Shown piece after piece: positions 1 through 13,562 of a DNA stretch of 64,000 nucleotides. Origin of the DNA: Macrostomum lignano (lineage: Eukaryota). Within the stretch, counting starts at the first letter, position 1. Every line of letters begins with the position of its first letter. The translations under genes were made by a program, and so were the position numbers. Under the pieces are notes generated by a model. It searched no databases. It saw only the letters and a program-made list of their open reading frames with translations, and had not been told where the DNA came from. The stretch covers positions 62,001 through 126,000 of the forward strand of contig NIVC01000758.1 of the NCBI GenBank assembly GCA_002269645.1. The letters run 5' to 3'.

Positions 1-112
1 CCGCGTCCTTGGCAACCGCCGTTGCTAGGGGCCGGGCGCCGGGCTGCTCGGACTCGCAGACCTCGAGCTGGTAACTGGGCAGCTCGAACTCCGGGGCTTC
101 GTCGTTAACATC
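1..112 (-). CDS. FAT: Fat-like cadherin exon 10 (runs off window)
   Basis: CAG acceptor 115-113; join gives GVLDVNDEAPEFELPSYQLEVCESEQPG. Confidence 0.9.
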
Positions 113-428
113 CTGAGGATCGGAGTTAGGTGTACAGAATTATACCGAGGACGTTTTGAAGGTGACCAGGCTTGAGCAGTAGCACTCTCGCGCAAAATTT
201 CCAATTCTCAAGACACAGGGAGCGTACTACATGCCTGATGATGAGAAAGTCAGGGCCGCTGTGCACTCTGTGTGAGCTGCACTCAAGAGTCAGCGGTGGA
301 CATCCCTGCTTTCCTCCCAGCTGGTCCAGGCAACTCACATTTTCTAATCAGAAAAATCTGCTAATATTCTCAGCATGCCTACTCGCGCGAGTAGTTAATC
401 GCGGGCAGTATTAAAAAAGGATTCTCAC

Positions 429-550
429 CAACACGCCGATGAGGAGGCGCATGCGGCCGCTTAATCCGGTGGCCGAGTCCGTGGCCGCGATTAGCAGCTC
501 GTGCTGTCCGGCCGACTCAAAGTCCAGCCGACCGGCTGTCCGAACCGAGC
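429..550 (-). CDS. FAT: Fat-like cadherin exon 9
   Basis: Join gives FWLDFGLGSVRTAGRLDFES; phase-0 donor GTGAG at 428. Confidence 0.9.
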
Positions 551-1202
551 CTGCAAATATTTTTATTTGCGAGAATATTTTCTTACTACTGCTAGTAGCC
601 AACTGAAGTACAAGCTCTAATTGAAAACTGCTAAAACTTTCGGTATATCGAGCTCGAATTTGAAGGCTGACTTATCAAATTAATTGCTACCGGGAGAAGG
701 AAATCGAAACAGAAATTGGAGCTGAAAGCAACTATGATGGAGAGGAGCTGCTGCCGGGTTCTCCAAGTGCCCGCTTGCGAGTAGTGGGGAAGCGGAGAGG
801 GGGTGGGTTGGAGAGGCTCGGACCAGCTGGCAACACGTAGGCTCCCCGGTGTTGGTTTACAGCCTCCCGCCCTCCGCCATCACTGCCCCCAGCCGGTATT
901 TGCCGAGCCGCCGAGTGAAATCAGGTCGGACAGGGCGAGGCAGGGGGGGGGGGCGCTCGACCCCGGGGTCGTGTTGGAGAGCGGCTCCAAGAGATTTCCT
1001 CAACGAGCCTAGAGTCGCGCGCAAAAATTGCTGCTCCAAGCGCTCAGAGTGAGCGGTTTCCTTGCACTTCCCTGTGCAGTTGGAATCGCAAATTAGGGAG
1101 GTGCAACACGGACCTTGCCCGAATATGCGATGACTCACGCGGCTTGTAGATGCATCTCTAGACTTGATTGTTATGAAGCAAACAGGAAATTCCAAGGCCC
1201 AC

Positions 1203-2070
1203 TGACAGCTTGGATCATAGACAGTTTGGGTCACAGACAGCTTGGATCATAGACAGTTTGGGTCACAGACAGCTTGGGTCACAGACAGCTTGGGTCATAG
1301 ACAGCTTGGGTCATAGACAGCTTGGGTCATAGACAGCTTGGGTCATAGACAGCTTGGGTCATAGACAGCTTGGGTCATAGACAGCTTGGGTCACAGACAA
1401 ATTGGATCATAGACAGTTTGGTTCACAGACAGCTTGGTTCATAGACAGCTTGGGTCATAGACGGCTTGGGTCATAGACAGCTTGGGTCACAGATAGCTTG
1501 GATCATAGACAGTTTGGGTCACAGACAGCTTGGATCATAGACAGTTTAGGTCACAGACAGCTTGGGTCACAGACAGCTTGGGTCACAGACAGCTTGGGTC
1601 ATAGACAGCTTGGGTCATAGACGGCTTGGGTCATAGACAGCTTGGGTCACAGATAGCTTGGATCATAGACAGCTTGGGTCACAGACAGCTTGGGTCATAG
1701 ACAGCTTGGGTCATAGACAGCTTGGGTCACAGACAGCTTGGGTCATAGACAGCTTGGGTCATAGACAGCTTGGGTCATAGACAGCTTGGGTCATAGACAG
1801 CTTGGGTCACAGACAGCTTGGGTCATAGACAGCTTGGGTCATAGACGGCTTGGGTCACAGACAGCTTGGGTCACAGAAAGCTTGGGTCACAGACAGCTTG
1901 GGTCACAGACAGTTTGGGTCACAGACAGCTTGGGTCATAGACAGCTTGGGTCATAGACAGCTTGGGTCATAGACAGCTCGGGTCATAGACAGTTTGGGTC
2001 ACAGAAAGCTTGAGTCATAGATAGCTTGGGTCATAAACAGTGTCATAAACAATGTAGTCATAGACAGTTC
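1203..2070. repeat. 16-bp minisatellite (ACAGCTTGGGTCATAG)n
   Basis: About 50 tandem units in a cadherin intron. Confidence 0.95.
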
Positions 2071-2626
2071 AGGCCATGAATTTTCATTCCCAGAGCCATG
2101 AGTCCTTAACCGAATCCTGCCTTATACTCGAATTTTCAAGATCCAAGGACCCAAAGCCCTGCAGCTCAGCTGTGAAAGCAAGAAAAGTTCGTACCAAGAA
2201 TCCCGGACACCTGTTGAACTTCTGCCAATCGGCTAGGGAGGGGGTGTTGACTTGAAAACAATCCCGCCGGGAAATAATGCTTCCAGTATTCGAGCCTCAT
2301 CACTTCCAGGATTCTGGCCCTGGGATTTTTATCCTCAAAAGTTCCGCTCGTCCACCTACGCCTGTAATTATCCGGGAGGAGGGAGTTCCTCCGCCTTCGA
2401 GTTCGGCCCAGCTTTTCGGCTCTGCTTTCTCTGCCTCCCCGCCGCCCTGTCAGCCAGCCGGCTGATCCGCTGCAGACTTCATCTGGAATTCTCGCTCGGC
2501 TTTCGTTTCTCCTGCAGCAGTTCATCCGGTGTTGACTTGAATGACAGGGAAGTCGGCCTGACTGGGGAGCCGCGGCTGCCGGCTGCCGGAGGACTGGCGA
2601 ATGCACTGAGAGAGTAGAACTGCTGG

Positions 2627-3180
<554 letters not shown>

Positions 3181-4251
3181 CAAACTCTAATTCAAGCGAT
3201 TCAATTCAATTAGGGCCGCGGACCGCAGGCGCGGCGGGGAGCAGGGGACGGCAGCGCACATCAAGTGGATTGGCGCAGTGGCAAGTGGAGGAGACGGAGG
3301 CTGGAAGGGTTGATGACGTAGCGGGAAAAGGGCGACCGGGCGGAGCCGGATAAAAATAAAGAGATAAAATCGGGCGGAGGCTGATAAGCCGGAATTCGGA
3401 CCTGCCCGGCCAGCCCAATCGAATTTCGGCCGTGCGGCCCTCCAAATCAATGGGGGAAAGCGAGCCGCCTCGCACTGATTCGCGTTGCAAACACAATTTT
3501 TCCGCTTCAGCAGCCGCGCCCTCCGGCTCTAAGTCCCTCTTCCTATCCGAGAAAGTGCGCCTGCACCGCCGCAGCCTCTGATCCCCGTCTGAGTCCCCCC
3601 TGGCTGACTGACACTTTCACCTCAGCCCAGCGCCCCCCCCCCCCGGAAGCAGCGCCATTGAAATCGCTCAAATCGCTCAAATCGCTCAGCAGGCTAAAAA
3701 GGCCAGCAAAGTCCGACCCTGGCCAGACTTTTCCAATCTTAGACTTTACGACCTGGAGAACTGCGTCTATTTTTAGAAACAGTAGATGGGGGAAAACTGC
3801 TGGGATTGCCGGGAAGCCGGATTTCCCTTCGGGCTCTCTCAGCCAATCGGAGAACTCTCGCCTCTCGGAACTGAGCGCTCCAGAGCGATTTGAAACATCC
3901 GCCAGGCGGGGGAGGCGGCATTGAAAATGATTTCCTGCAAAGCGCGCGGCTGAATAGGCTGAGAAGGAGAGGCCGGCCCGGCGGGACACCGAGGGAGACC
4001 TGGGGCTGACCGCGTCAGTCAGGCCCACAGTCCGGCTTCAGATGGAATGCTTGACATTTTTCAACCAGGAATTTGGGAGAGCAAAAATGTTCCTAGCAGC
4101 CCGTGCGGCCTCTGCGGCTTGAGGCAACTTCTTTGACTGCAAGGTGCAAACTGGCCAACTGGCTGGTGACAATGGGCAATTAGCTGACTGCTTGCGATTA
4201 CCGACACCCTTTCCTACTTACCTCAGGGTATCGTAGCTCTCCGTTGCCACT

Positions 4252-4680
4252 GTCTGCCTCTCCCTCTGCCTCTCCCTCTGCCTCTCCCTCTGCCTCTCCC
4301 TCTGCCTCTCCCTCTGCCTCTCCCTCTGCCTCTCCCTCTGCCTCTCCCTCTGCCTCTCCCTCTGCCTCTCCCTCTGCCTCTCCCTCTGCCTCACCCTCTG
4401 GTTCTCCCTCTGCCTCACCCTCTGCCTCACCCTCTGGTTCTCCCTCTGACTCTCCCTCTGACTCTCCTCGCTCTGCCTCTCCCTCTCTGCCTCTCCCTCT
4501 CTGCCTCTCCTTTCTGGCTCTTCCTCTCTGCCTCTCCCTCTCTGCATCTCCCTCTGGCTCTCCCTCTACCTCTCCATCTCTGCATCTCCCTCTCTGCCTC
4601 TCCCTCTCTGCTACTCCCTCTCCGCATCTACCCCTCTATCTCTCCTTGTCTGCTTCTCTTTCTCTCGCCCTCCCTCTCCC
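4252..4680. repeat. 12-bp pyrimidine-rich repeat (TCTCCCTCTGCC)n
   Basis: Seen directly. Confidence 0.9.
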
Positions 4681-5357
4681 CATCTCGGAGACCAGCCCGC
4701 AGTCGCCCCTCAGCCCGCTGTCCCAGGCAGCCACAGGCGGAGTTGCCAACGTTCGAAAGGCCAATTTTCGCTCGCATTTGCAGCCGCTGCTCCGGCTGGA
4801 GAGCCGCCTCCTCTTCATCTGCGGAGTCCCAGCAGCTCCGGGACAGGAAAATGATATGGGAAAATTGGGGGGGGGGACTGATATCGGGCGGCCGCTCCGG
4901 AGAGCCAGCTGGCACTGTGCAAACACAGCAGTCCGCCTTGCGCATCAATCTTCTCAGGACGGCTCCCCCCCAATCTGTCAAGGAACTGATCAGCAGAGTC
5001 CCAAGATGATCGAAGAAATTTTTAAGTAGCCGGTCAAATATTTTTGATTGGCAATTTCGGTTGAGTGATTGGCTTGCAGAGGCTGGCGTTGGGAGAGGAG
5101 AAATTGAAATTGTCGAGTTCAACAACAAAAGCAAAAGCCGGCAGAAACTCGTCCAACTTACAGTGTCTGTCAGCGTTGAGGCCTGGAATGAAGGTGCGAA
5201 GTTTAGAAATTTCTATCTTATGCAAATTTTCTGGTGTCGTAAAAACCGCATAGTTGAAATAGTTTTGGGACTTCCCTTATTAACGAGTATTTTTGGAATC
5301 CCCATTATCTATACTTGGGAAATTTTGGTATCAGCAAAAATACTATGGAATTCACTA

Positions 5358-5782
5358 TAATAAAGTACTTTGGGAGTTTATATTAGCAAGTACTTTAGGG
5401 AATCCCCCTATTAGCAAGTACTTTAGGGAATCCCCCTATTAGCAAGTACTTTAGGGAATCCCCCTATTAGCAAGTACTTTAGGGAATCCCCCTATTAGCA
5501 AGTACTTTAGGGAATCCCCCATTAGCAAGTACTTTAGGGAATCCCGTAGCAAGTACTTTAGGGAATCCCCCTGTTAGTAAGCACTTTAGGGAATCCCTCT
5601 ATTAGCAAATACTTTAGGGAATCCCCCTTATTAGCAAGTACTTTAGGGAATCCCCCTATTACCAAGTACTTTAGGGAATACCCCTATTACAAAGTACTTT
5701 AGGGAATCCCCCCATTAGCAAGTACTTTAGGGAATCCCCCTATTAGCAAGTATTTTAGGGAATTCCCTATTAGCAAGTACTG
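5358..5782. repeat. 28-bp minisatellite AGCAAGTACTTTAGGGAATCCCCCTATT
   Basis: About 14 units, ending ~60 nt from the donor at 5843. Confidence 0.93.
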
Positions 5783-5843
5783 TGCGGAATTCACCCCAAA
5801 AAACAAAAATTTCTGTCCCCCATCAGCCTAAAGCGCCGCTCAC

Positions 5844-7859
5844 CCAGGCCAAAGTCCAGCCAGAACAGGCCGTCTCCATCGCCAGACTCGATCTCGTACA
5901 CCAGCCCGAACTCGCCGCCGCCTTCGCCGACCTCCGCTGACACGAGGGCCACCAGGGCACCAATCGAGAGCGATTCGGGGGCCGCGACGGCGCGGAACTC
6001 CGGCCGAAAGATCGGCTGGCCGGCCAGCAGCACCGCCACCCGCGCCACCGCCCCGACCGAGCGGCCTCCGCCGTCAGCGGCTCGAACGCCAACGAGGGCG
6101 ACGGCGCCGGACGGCAGGGCGCGCCGCAGGCTGAGGCCGCCGTGGCTGGCGTTCAGCACGAAAGCGTCGCGTAACTCCGGCGAGGTCACCGAAGCGTCCA
6201 GCTGGTAGGTGACGTCACCGAACATGCCAGAGTCGGCGTCCAGGGCCCGCAACGTCAGGAGGTGCCGGCCGGGGACGGCGGCCGCCGGGCGCAGGATGGC
6301 ACCGTACGGCTGCCCAAGCAGCCGGGGCGAATTGTCGTTGATGTCGGACACGTCGACAAACACGACACCGCGGCCGACGCGCCGGCCGAGGCCGTCCACG
6401 CGGATGTTGACGGCGAGTCGCCGGTCCGGGCCGCCGTGGGCGCCGCGCAAGCCGTCAGCGTCGATGCCGGATGTCGCGGACAGTCGGCCGGTGGTCGGGT
6501 GCACGGCGAAATGTCCGGTGTGGATGGCGCCCGGCCCGGCCAGGCTGTAACGGACCGGCTGTCCGAGTGGCCTTGGCCGAGCTCGAAAGTCAACAAGCCG
6601 CGGCGCCGTGGTCTCCTCCTGGATGGTGACCGCCAGGCCTTCCGGGCGCAACGTTAAGATTGCGGCCTCGGTGGCTGCGACAACTGAGACGCTGATGTTG
6701 CCAAGACTCCGGCCGCGGCGGCCACCGGATGATGTCATCAGCGTCAGGTTGCGCCGTCCAGGGGTCAGCGGTGCCGTCGGGGTCTCCAGTGCCGCAGTCA
6801 GCCAGCCGGTGTCGGGGTCGAGCTGCACGAAGCTGACGGCAGCGCCCGACTCATCGGCGAGGCGGACGGCGGACCGCGCCGCCCCCAGCAGGCGCGCCAG
6901 CCGCATTCCCGGGTAGGTCGGAAGTTCGAGCCTCAGGTTGGCCGAGGGCCAGACTTGGATGAAGTTCGGAGACTGTGGCGGCGGGCCGTCGAGTTCGACT
7001 CGAACGCTGAGATGTCGGAGGCTGCGCAGCGACGTCGGGCTGCCGCGGTCGCGGGCGAACACGCGGAAGTCGAAGACCCACGGCATCAGCTGCGACGCCC
7101 GCAGACTCTGCGGTCGGAGGCGCAAGACGCCGACGTCGGGGTCGACAGCAAAGATGCGCGCCGCCTGCACCTCCGGGATCTCGTAGGTCACCATTGCGTT
7201 GGCGCCAAGATCCCCGTCCGTGGCGCGCACCCGCAGCGGCGCCCGCCCGGACGCATCGAGGACAAGGCTGCTGCTGCTGGACAATTTGCCGGACAGCCGG
7301 CCGGCAGTGGACTCGAACTCGGGACGGTTGTCGTTGGCATCTTCGATGAGGACGGAGAGGTCGGCGGCGCCGGTCCGGCCGGTCCAGAGGTCGCGCGCCG
7401 TGACGCGCAGCCGCCGCAGGTCGCCGCCCGCAGCCTCGCGGTCCGGAGCGCCGGTCGCAGCGGAGATGAACAGCGCGGCGGAGGCGGGGGTGGCCGGGCC
7501 GGCCAGCTCGGACACGCTGAGACCGATCGGATGTCCGGGCGGAGCTCCGGTGACGTCAACAATGGTTAGAAAAGCGCGCAGCTGATCGGCGGCCTCCGAG
7601 ACGGCAACCAGGGCGGACCGGGGCGACACCGTCAGCGGCGGCTGCGAGCTCCATGGCGGTGACTCCTCAGTCGGCGACGGTGGCGACGGCGCTGCGGCGA
7701 TGGTCAGCGGGTAGCTGGCGGTCAGAGGCGGCCGGCCACCGTCCGAGACGGTAACAGTGAGGCGGTGGGGCACGGTCGAGACCGCGGCTGGGTTGACCGG
7801 TAGAGCAGCGCGGATGCGGCCGGTCAGCGGGTCGATGGCGAAGAGTCCAAGCTGGTTGC
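5844..7859 (-). CDS. FAT: Fat-like cadherin exon 8 (large, several cadherin repeats)
   Basis: Join gives YDIQSGNQLGLFAIDPLTG; EDANDNRPEF, DGDLGANA, DINDNSPRL, DADSGMFG; donor g|GTGAG at 5843. Confidence 0.93.
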
Positions 7860-7914
7860 CTGCCAGTTAGTAGGGGGTTCACTGATAATCCTTCTCTCAG
7901 AAGCTGGGTTCCTT

Positions 7915-8180
7915 TCCTGAAGCTCCCATCGCCCTGAAGCTCGAGTCCCATCGCCCTGAAGCTCGAGTCTCACATTCCTGAAGCTCGAATCCCACCTCAC
8001 TGAAGCTCAAATCCCACCTCACTGAAGCTCGAATCCCACCTCAGTGAAGCTCGAATCCCATCGCCCTGAAGCTCGAATCCCACCTCACTGAAGCTCGAAT
8101 CCCTCCGCCCTGAAGCTCGAATCCCACCTCACTGAAGCTCGAATCCCTCCGCCCTGAAGCTCGAATCCCACCACCCTGAA
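7915..8180. repeat. 22-bp minisatellite CTGAAGCTCGAATCCCACCTCA
   Basis: About 12 units close to the acceptor at 7860. Confidence 0.9.
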
Positions 8181-8759
8181 TCTCATTCTATAATTCGTTT
8201 TCCTGGGATCTATAGGGAACTAAAAAACTGAAATCCCCATCTGGTTTTTAAACTCAACCGAGAGTCTCCCCGGATGCCCAGTCTGTACTCAGTGAGCTCA
8301 GAAACCCCCTTGCAATTAGCGGGGCACTTCAAGGCCGTATGACGCAGAAAAACTAAAAGAAAAGTACTGCGGGCGGCGGCGCCGAGGCACCGGTGTTCAA
8401 CAGGGGAACTCCCAGCCTGCCGCGAGTCCCTGGAGCCGGGCAGCCCGCGGGGGATCAGTCCCGACTCAGTCCGGCTCGGATTAGCATAATCCTTTTACGG
8501 GAGAGAGCTGGAAGGCAGAAGTGCCCAGTGTGGCATCTTCGCTACATTTCTTCATACTGAGGGCCGGCAGGGATTTCCAAATTGCTGGCTGAGTTCGATC
8601 CCCCGAGCCGGCTTGCTGGGGGGGGGGGTAAAAATCCGCACTTGCCTGCGCCACGTGACCTGCAGCGCCGGGCTGAGAGTGGAATAATAATTATTTGATG
8701 GCTCTCAAGACTTCGGCTCGAGTGAGTGCAGGTGACCGCTCGTATCCTCGTATCCTCCC

Positions 8760-8945
8760 TCTCATTTCTCCTCTCATTCCCCCCTCATTCCCCCTCTCAT
8801 TTCTCCTCTCATTCCCCCTCTCATTCCCCATCTCATTCCCCCTCTCATTCCCCATCTCATTCCCCCTCTCATTCCCGCTCTCATTCTCCATCTCATTCCC
8901 CCTCTCATTCCCCATCTCATTCCCCAACTCATTTTCCATCACATT
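8760..8945. repeat. 12-bp repeat CTCATTCCCCCT
   Basis: Seen directly. Confidence 0.85.
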
Positions 8946-9227
8946 CCACGTCTCATTCCTATCTTATTTCCTGCCCCATGTCCCATCTCATTCCCCCCTC
9001 ATTAGGTTTATTTTGCTAACATCAATGTTGTCATTTCCTTTCCAGCCAGCGTTCTACCATGGGATGCTGCTGCAACCACAAAGCAGCGCTTCCCAGAGGC
9101 TTCTCTGTTTGCTATGAAAATAATTTCTGCTTTTGTGGAAGCCGCAGTCAGGACTCAGTTAACAGGCATTTAAGAAGATTGGTGATTTGATTACTGCAAA
9201 TATGTTTTGTGAGTTTCTGCACCTTTT

Positions 9228-10577
9228 CTATTCCTGTCCTATTCCTGTCTTGTTCCTGTTCTGTTCCTGCCTTGTTCCTGTTGTTCCTGTTCTGTTCCTG
9301 TTCTGTTCCTGCCTTGTTCCTGTTGTTCCTGTTCTGTTCCTGTCCTGTTCCTGTCTTGTTCCTGTTCTGTTCCTGCCTTGTTCCTGTTGTTCCTGTTCTG
9401 TTCCTGTTCTGTTCCTGCCTTGTTCCTGTTGTTCCTGTTCTGTTCCTGTTCTGTTCCTGTCTTGTTCCTATTCTGTTCCTGCCTTGTTCCTGTTGTTCCT
9501 GTTCTGTTCCTGTTCTGTTCCTGTTGTTCCTGTTCTGTTCCTGTTCTGTTCCTGTCTTGTTCCTGTTCTGTTCCTGTCCTGTTCCTGTCTTGTTCCTGTT
9601 CTGTTCCTGCCTTGTTCCTGTTGTTCCTGTTCTGTTCCTGTTCTGTTCCTGCCTTGTTCCTGTTGTTCCTGTTCTGTTCCTGTTCTGTTCCTGTCTTGTT
9701 CCTGTTTTGTTCCTGTCCTGTTCCTGTTGTTCCTGTTCTGTTGCTGTTCTGTTCCTGTTGTTCCTGTTTTGTTCCTGTCCTGTTCCTGTTGTTCCTGTTC
9801 TGTTCCTGTCCTGTTCCTGTCTTGTTCCTGTTCTGTTCCTGCCTTGTTCCTGTTGTTCCTGTTCTGTTCCTGTTCTGTTCCTGCCTTGTTCCTGTTGTTC
9901 CTGTTCTGTTCCTGTTCTGTTCCTGTCTTGTTCCTGTTCTGTTCCTGCCTTGTTCCTGTTGTTCCTGTTCTGTTCCTGTTCTGTTCCTGTTGTTCCTGTT
10001 CTGTTCCTGTTCTGTTCCTGTCTTGTTCCTGTTCTGTTCCTGTCCTGTTCCTGTCTTGTTCCTGTTCTGTTCCTGCCTTGTTCCTGTTGTTCCTGTTCTG
10101 TTCCTGTTCTGTTCCTGCCTTGTTCCTGTTGTTCCTGTTCTGTTCCTGTTCTGTTCCTGTCTTGTTCCTGTTTTGTTCCTGTCCTGTTCCTGTTGTTCCT
10201 GTTCTGTTGCTGTTCTGTTCCTGTTGTTCCTGTTTTGTTCCTGTCCTGTTCCTGTTGTTCCTGTTCTGTTCCTGTCCTGTTCCTGTCTTGTTCCTGTTCT
10301 GTTCCTGCCTTGTTCCTGTTGTTCCTGTTCTGTTCCTGTTCTGTTCCTGCCTTGTTCCTGTTGTTCCTGTTCTGTTCCTGTTCTGTTCCTGTCTTGTTCC
10401 TGTTTTGTTCCTGTCCTGTTCCTGTTGTTCCTGTTCTGTTCCTGTTGTTCCTGTCCTGTTCCTGTTGTTCCTGTTCTGTTCCTGTTCTGTTCCTGCCTTG
10501 TTCCTGTTGTTCCTGTTCTGTTCCTGTTCTGTTCCTGTCTTGTTCCTGTTTTGTTCCTGTCCTGTTCCTGTTCCTGC
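9228..10577. repeat. Complex (GTTCCT/GTTCT/GTT) low-complexity satellite
   Basis: 1.35 kb with almost no A on the + strand; source of several spurious 400-500 aa ORFs. Confidence 0.95.
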
Positions 10578-11244
10578 CAGTTTGATGGGCGGAGCAAAAG
10601 CAGAAGAGGTATTTATGGAGTGACGCATTTATGAAGTCGAAGGGGTTGCGACAGGCGCCGTAAGAAGTCCAAGCGCCAGACAAAAACGCAAAGCAAAGCC
10701 ACCCAGCGGAGAGACAATAAAGGTAAGCAAGATTTTTCACTTCCACAAAAAGGGGAAGCCAGTTTTAGCTCCGGGGGCTAATTGCTGTGCTGTCGCCCGT
10801 ATCGCCCAGAGTGATCTTGGGATTCTTGTTCGATCCGCCGTCCCCGAACCGTCTGCACTTGCAGTCTGCAGTCTGGGCACCAGTGCCTTCCTACACTGCC
10901 GGTTCATGGGAAAGGGAATTCCCAGCTCCAGTGTCCCGTGCTGCCTGTCAATGGGGAGTTCCAGTCCAGACATGGGAACTCTACGGCTGCCCACTCCAAT
11001 ATCGACTGCGCCCTTTCGATGCCAAGAGTGCAAACGCCTGCTGTAGCCGCTGATAACAGACTTAGGAAATTGGGCTAATTTATGAATTTGCTGTACCTGC
11101 TGCGCCTTGTTAGTTGGCGGTGTCTGATAGGTTTATTGGCGGGACCACCGCATACCTAAACTGCCTGTCTGGCAATCTCACTAATTAACCTTATTGACCA
11201 CAGTTTTGATTCTTTAAAGGAACATTATGAAGCTGCTTGTAATC

Positions 11245-11833
11245 CCACCTGACTCTCTCAGTCTCACCTGACTCTCCCAGTCTCAACTTTGACTCCCTCA
11301 GTCTCACCAGACTCTCAGTCTCACCTGACAGTCTCACCTGACTCTCAGTCTCACCTGACTCTCCCAGTCTCAACTTTGACTCCCTCAGTCTCACCAGACT
11401 CTCAGTCTCACCAGACTCTCAGTCTCACCTGACAGTCTCACCTGACTCTCAGTCTCACCTGACTCTCAGTCTCACCAGACTCTCAGTCTCACCTGACTCT
11501 CAGTCTCACCTGACTCTCGGTCTCACCTGACTCTCTCAGTCTCACTTGACTCTCTCAGTCTCACCTGACAGTCTCACCTGACTCTCAGTCTCACCTGACT
11601 CTCAGTCTCACCTGACTCTCGGTCTCACCTGACTCTCTCAGTCTCACTTGACTCTCTCAGTCTCACCTGACTCTTCCAGTCTCAACTTTGACTCCCTCAG
11701 TCTCACCTGACTCTCAGTCTCACCTGAATCTCAGTCTCACCTGACTCTCAGTCTCACCTGACTCTCTCAGTCTCACCTGAATCTCAGTCTCACCTGACTC
11801 TCAGTCTCACCAGACTCTCAGTCTCACCTGACT
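11245..11833 (-). repeat. 17-bp minisatellite built from the exon 7 splice donor
   Basis: Minus-strand unit TCAG|GTGAGACTGAGAG. Confidence 0.95.
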
Positions 11834-12386
11834 GAATGTCGTACACCAGCTCGCCATCGCCCTCGACCTCGCCCGCAGCATCGGGATCGAATCCGCGCAG
11901 CCGGCCCAGCGGACGGCCTGCCTCGGCGCCAGCCCGCAGCTCCGCCAATCCGACGGAGGCCGCCAGCGCCGGCGCCGCCTCGTTGGCGTCGAGAACTCGG
12001 ACGGTCAGCCAGGCGAAGCCTGCGCGCCGACGGCCAGGCGCACCGTACCGAGGCGCCGCGACACGCAGCAGTAATCGGTGCCGGCTGGAGGCCTCGAAGT
12101 CCAGACCGTCGGCCGAGGCCGCCAGCGACACGGCGCCAGTCAGCGGGTTGATGGAGAACAAGCGGAGGCTGGCCGACTGCTCAGCCGAGTAGATGGAAAA
12201 CTGCAGAGGCAGAGGCTGGAACAGCTGCGACTCCGGCTGCAGTAGCGGCGCCGGGTCCGGGTCCACCGCCGACACGGTCAGGAGGTCCGCGCCGTCCACG
12301 GGAGCCGCCTCGGACACTTCCAGTTCGTACTTCGGCAGCGAGAACTGCGGGCTGCGGCCTCGGCCCGGCTGCACCGAGACCTCAAG
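11828..12386 (-). CDS. FAT: Fat-like cadherin exon 7
   Basis: CAG acceptor 12389-12387; PQFSLPKYELEVSE, LDFEASSRHRL, VLDANEAAP; donor cag|GTGAGA at 11827. Confidence 0.92.
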
Positions 12387-12437
12387 CTGTGGGGTTACGT
12401 TGGAATGCGGCAATCAGCTGCTCCCAGCCTCTAGCCA

Positions 12438-13562
12438 CATCCATTCAGAGCCTCATCATTGAATACCAGCCTCATCCATTCAGAGCCTCATCATTGAATA
12501 CCAGCCTCATCCATTCAGAGCCTCATCATTGAATACCAGCCTCATCCATTCAGAGCCTCAGCATCAGCTCCAAGCCTCATCCATTCAGAGCCTCATCATT
12601 GAATACCAGCCTCATCCATTCAGAGCCTCAGCATCAGCTCCAAGCCTCATCCATTCAGAGCCTCATCATTGAATACCAGCCTCATCCATTCAGAGCCTCA
12701 GCATCAGCTCCAAGCCTCATCCATTCAGAGCCTCATCATTGAATACCAGCCTCATCCATTCAGAGCCTCATCATTGAATACCAGCCTCATCCATTCAGAG
12801 CCTCATCATTGAATACCAGCCTCATCCATTCAGAGCCTCATCATTGAATACCAGCCTCATCCATTCAGAGCCTCAGCATCAGCTCCAAGCCTCATCCATT
12901 CAGAGCCTCATCATTGAATACCAGCCTCATCCATTCAGAGCCTCATCATTGAATACCAGCCTCATCCATTCAGAGCCTCAGCATTGAATACCAGCCTCAT
13001 CCATTCAGAGCCTCATCATTGAATACCAGCCTCATCCATTCAGAGCCTCATCATTGAATACCAGCCTCATCCATTCAGAGCCTCAGCATCAGCTCCAAGC
13101 CTCATCCATTCAGAGCCTCATCATTGAATACCAGCCTCATCCATTCAGAGCCTCAGCATTGAATACCAGCCTCATCCATTCAGAGCCTCATCATTGAATA
13201 CCAGCCTCATCCATTCAGAGCCTCAGCATTGAATACCAGCCTCATCCATTCAGAGCCTCAGCATCAGCTCCAAGCCTCATCCATTCAGAGCCTCATCATT
13301 GAATACCAGCCTCATCCATTCAGAGCCTCAGCATCAGCTCCAAGCCTCATCCATTCAGAGCCTCAGCATCAGCTCCAAGCCTCATCCATTCAGAGCCTCA
13401 TCATTGAATACCAGCCTCATCCATTCAGAGCCTCAGCATCAGCTCCAAGCCTCATCCATTCAGAGCCTCAGCATCAGCTCCAAGCCTCATCCATTCAGAG
13501 CCTCAGCATCAGCTCCAAGCCTCATCCATTCGGAGCCTCAGCATCAGCTCCAAGCCTCATCC
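12438..13562. repeat. 35-bp two-variant minisatellite filling a cadherin intron
   Basis: Constant 21-mer plus one of two 14-mers. Confidence 0.95.

Noticed and set aside
857-1234. 125-aa ORF as a nested gene in the cadherin intron
   Set aside because: No recognisable domain or supported splice structure; starts within a repeat
5358-5782. Interstitial telomeric repeat (TTAGGG in each unit)
   Set aside because: One hexamer per 28-bp unit, never tandem
9148-10746. Several 380-530 aa ORFs on both strands
   Set aside because: Translations of a low-complexity satellite that lacks stops; lies inside a cadherin intron
12438-13562. CRISPR-like repeat/spacer appearance
   Set aside because: The 'spacers' are only two recurring 14-mers, there are no cas genes, and the context is a eukaryotic intron
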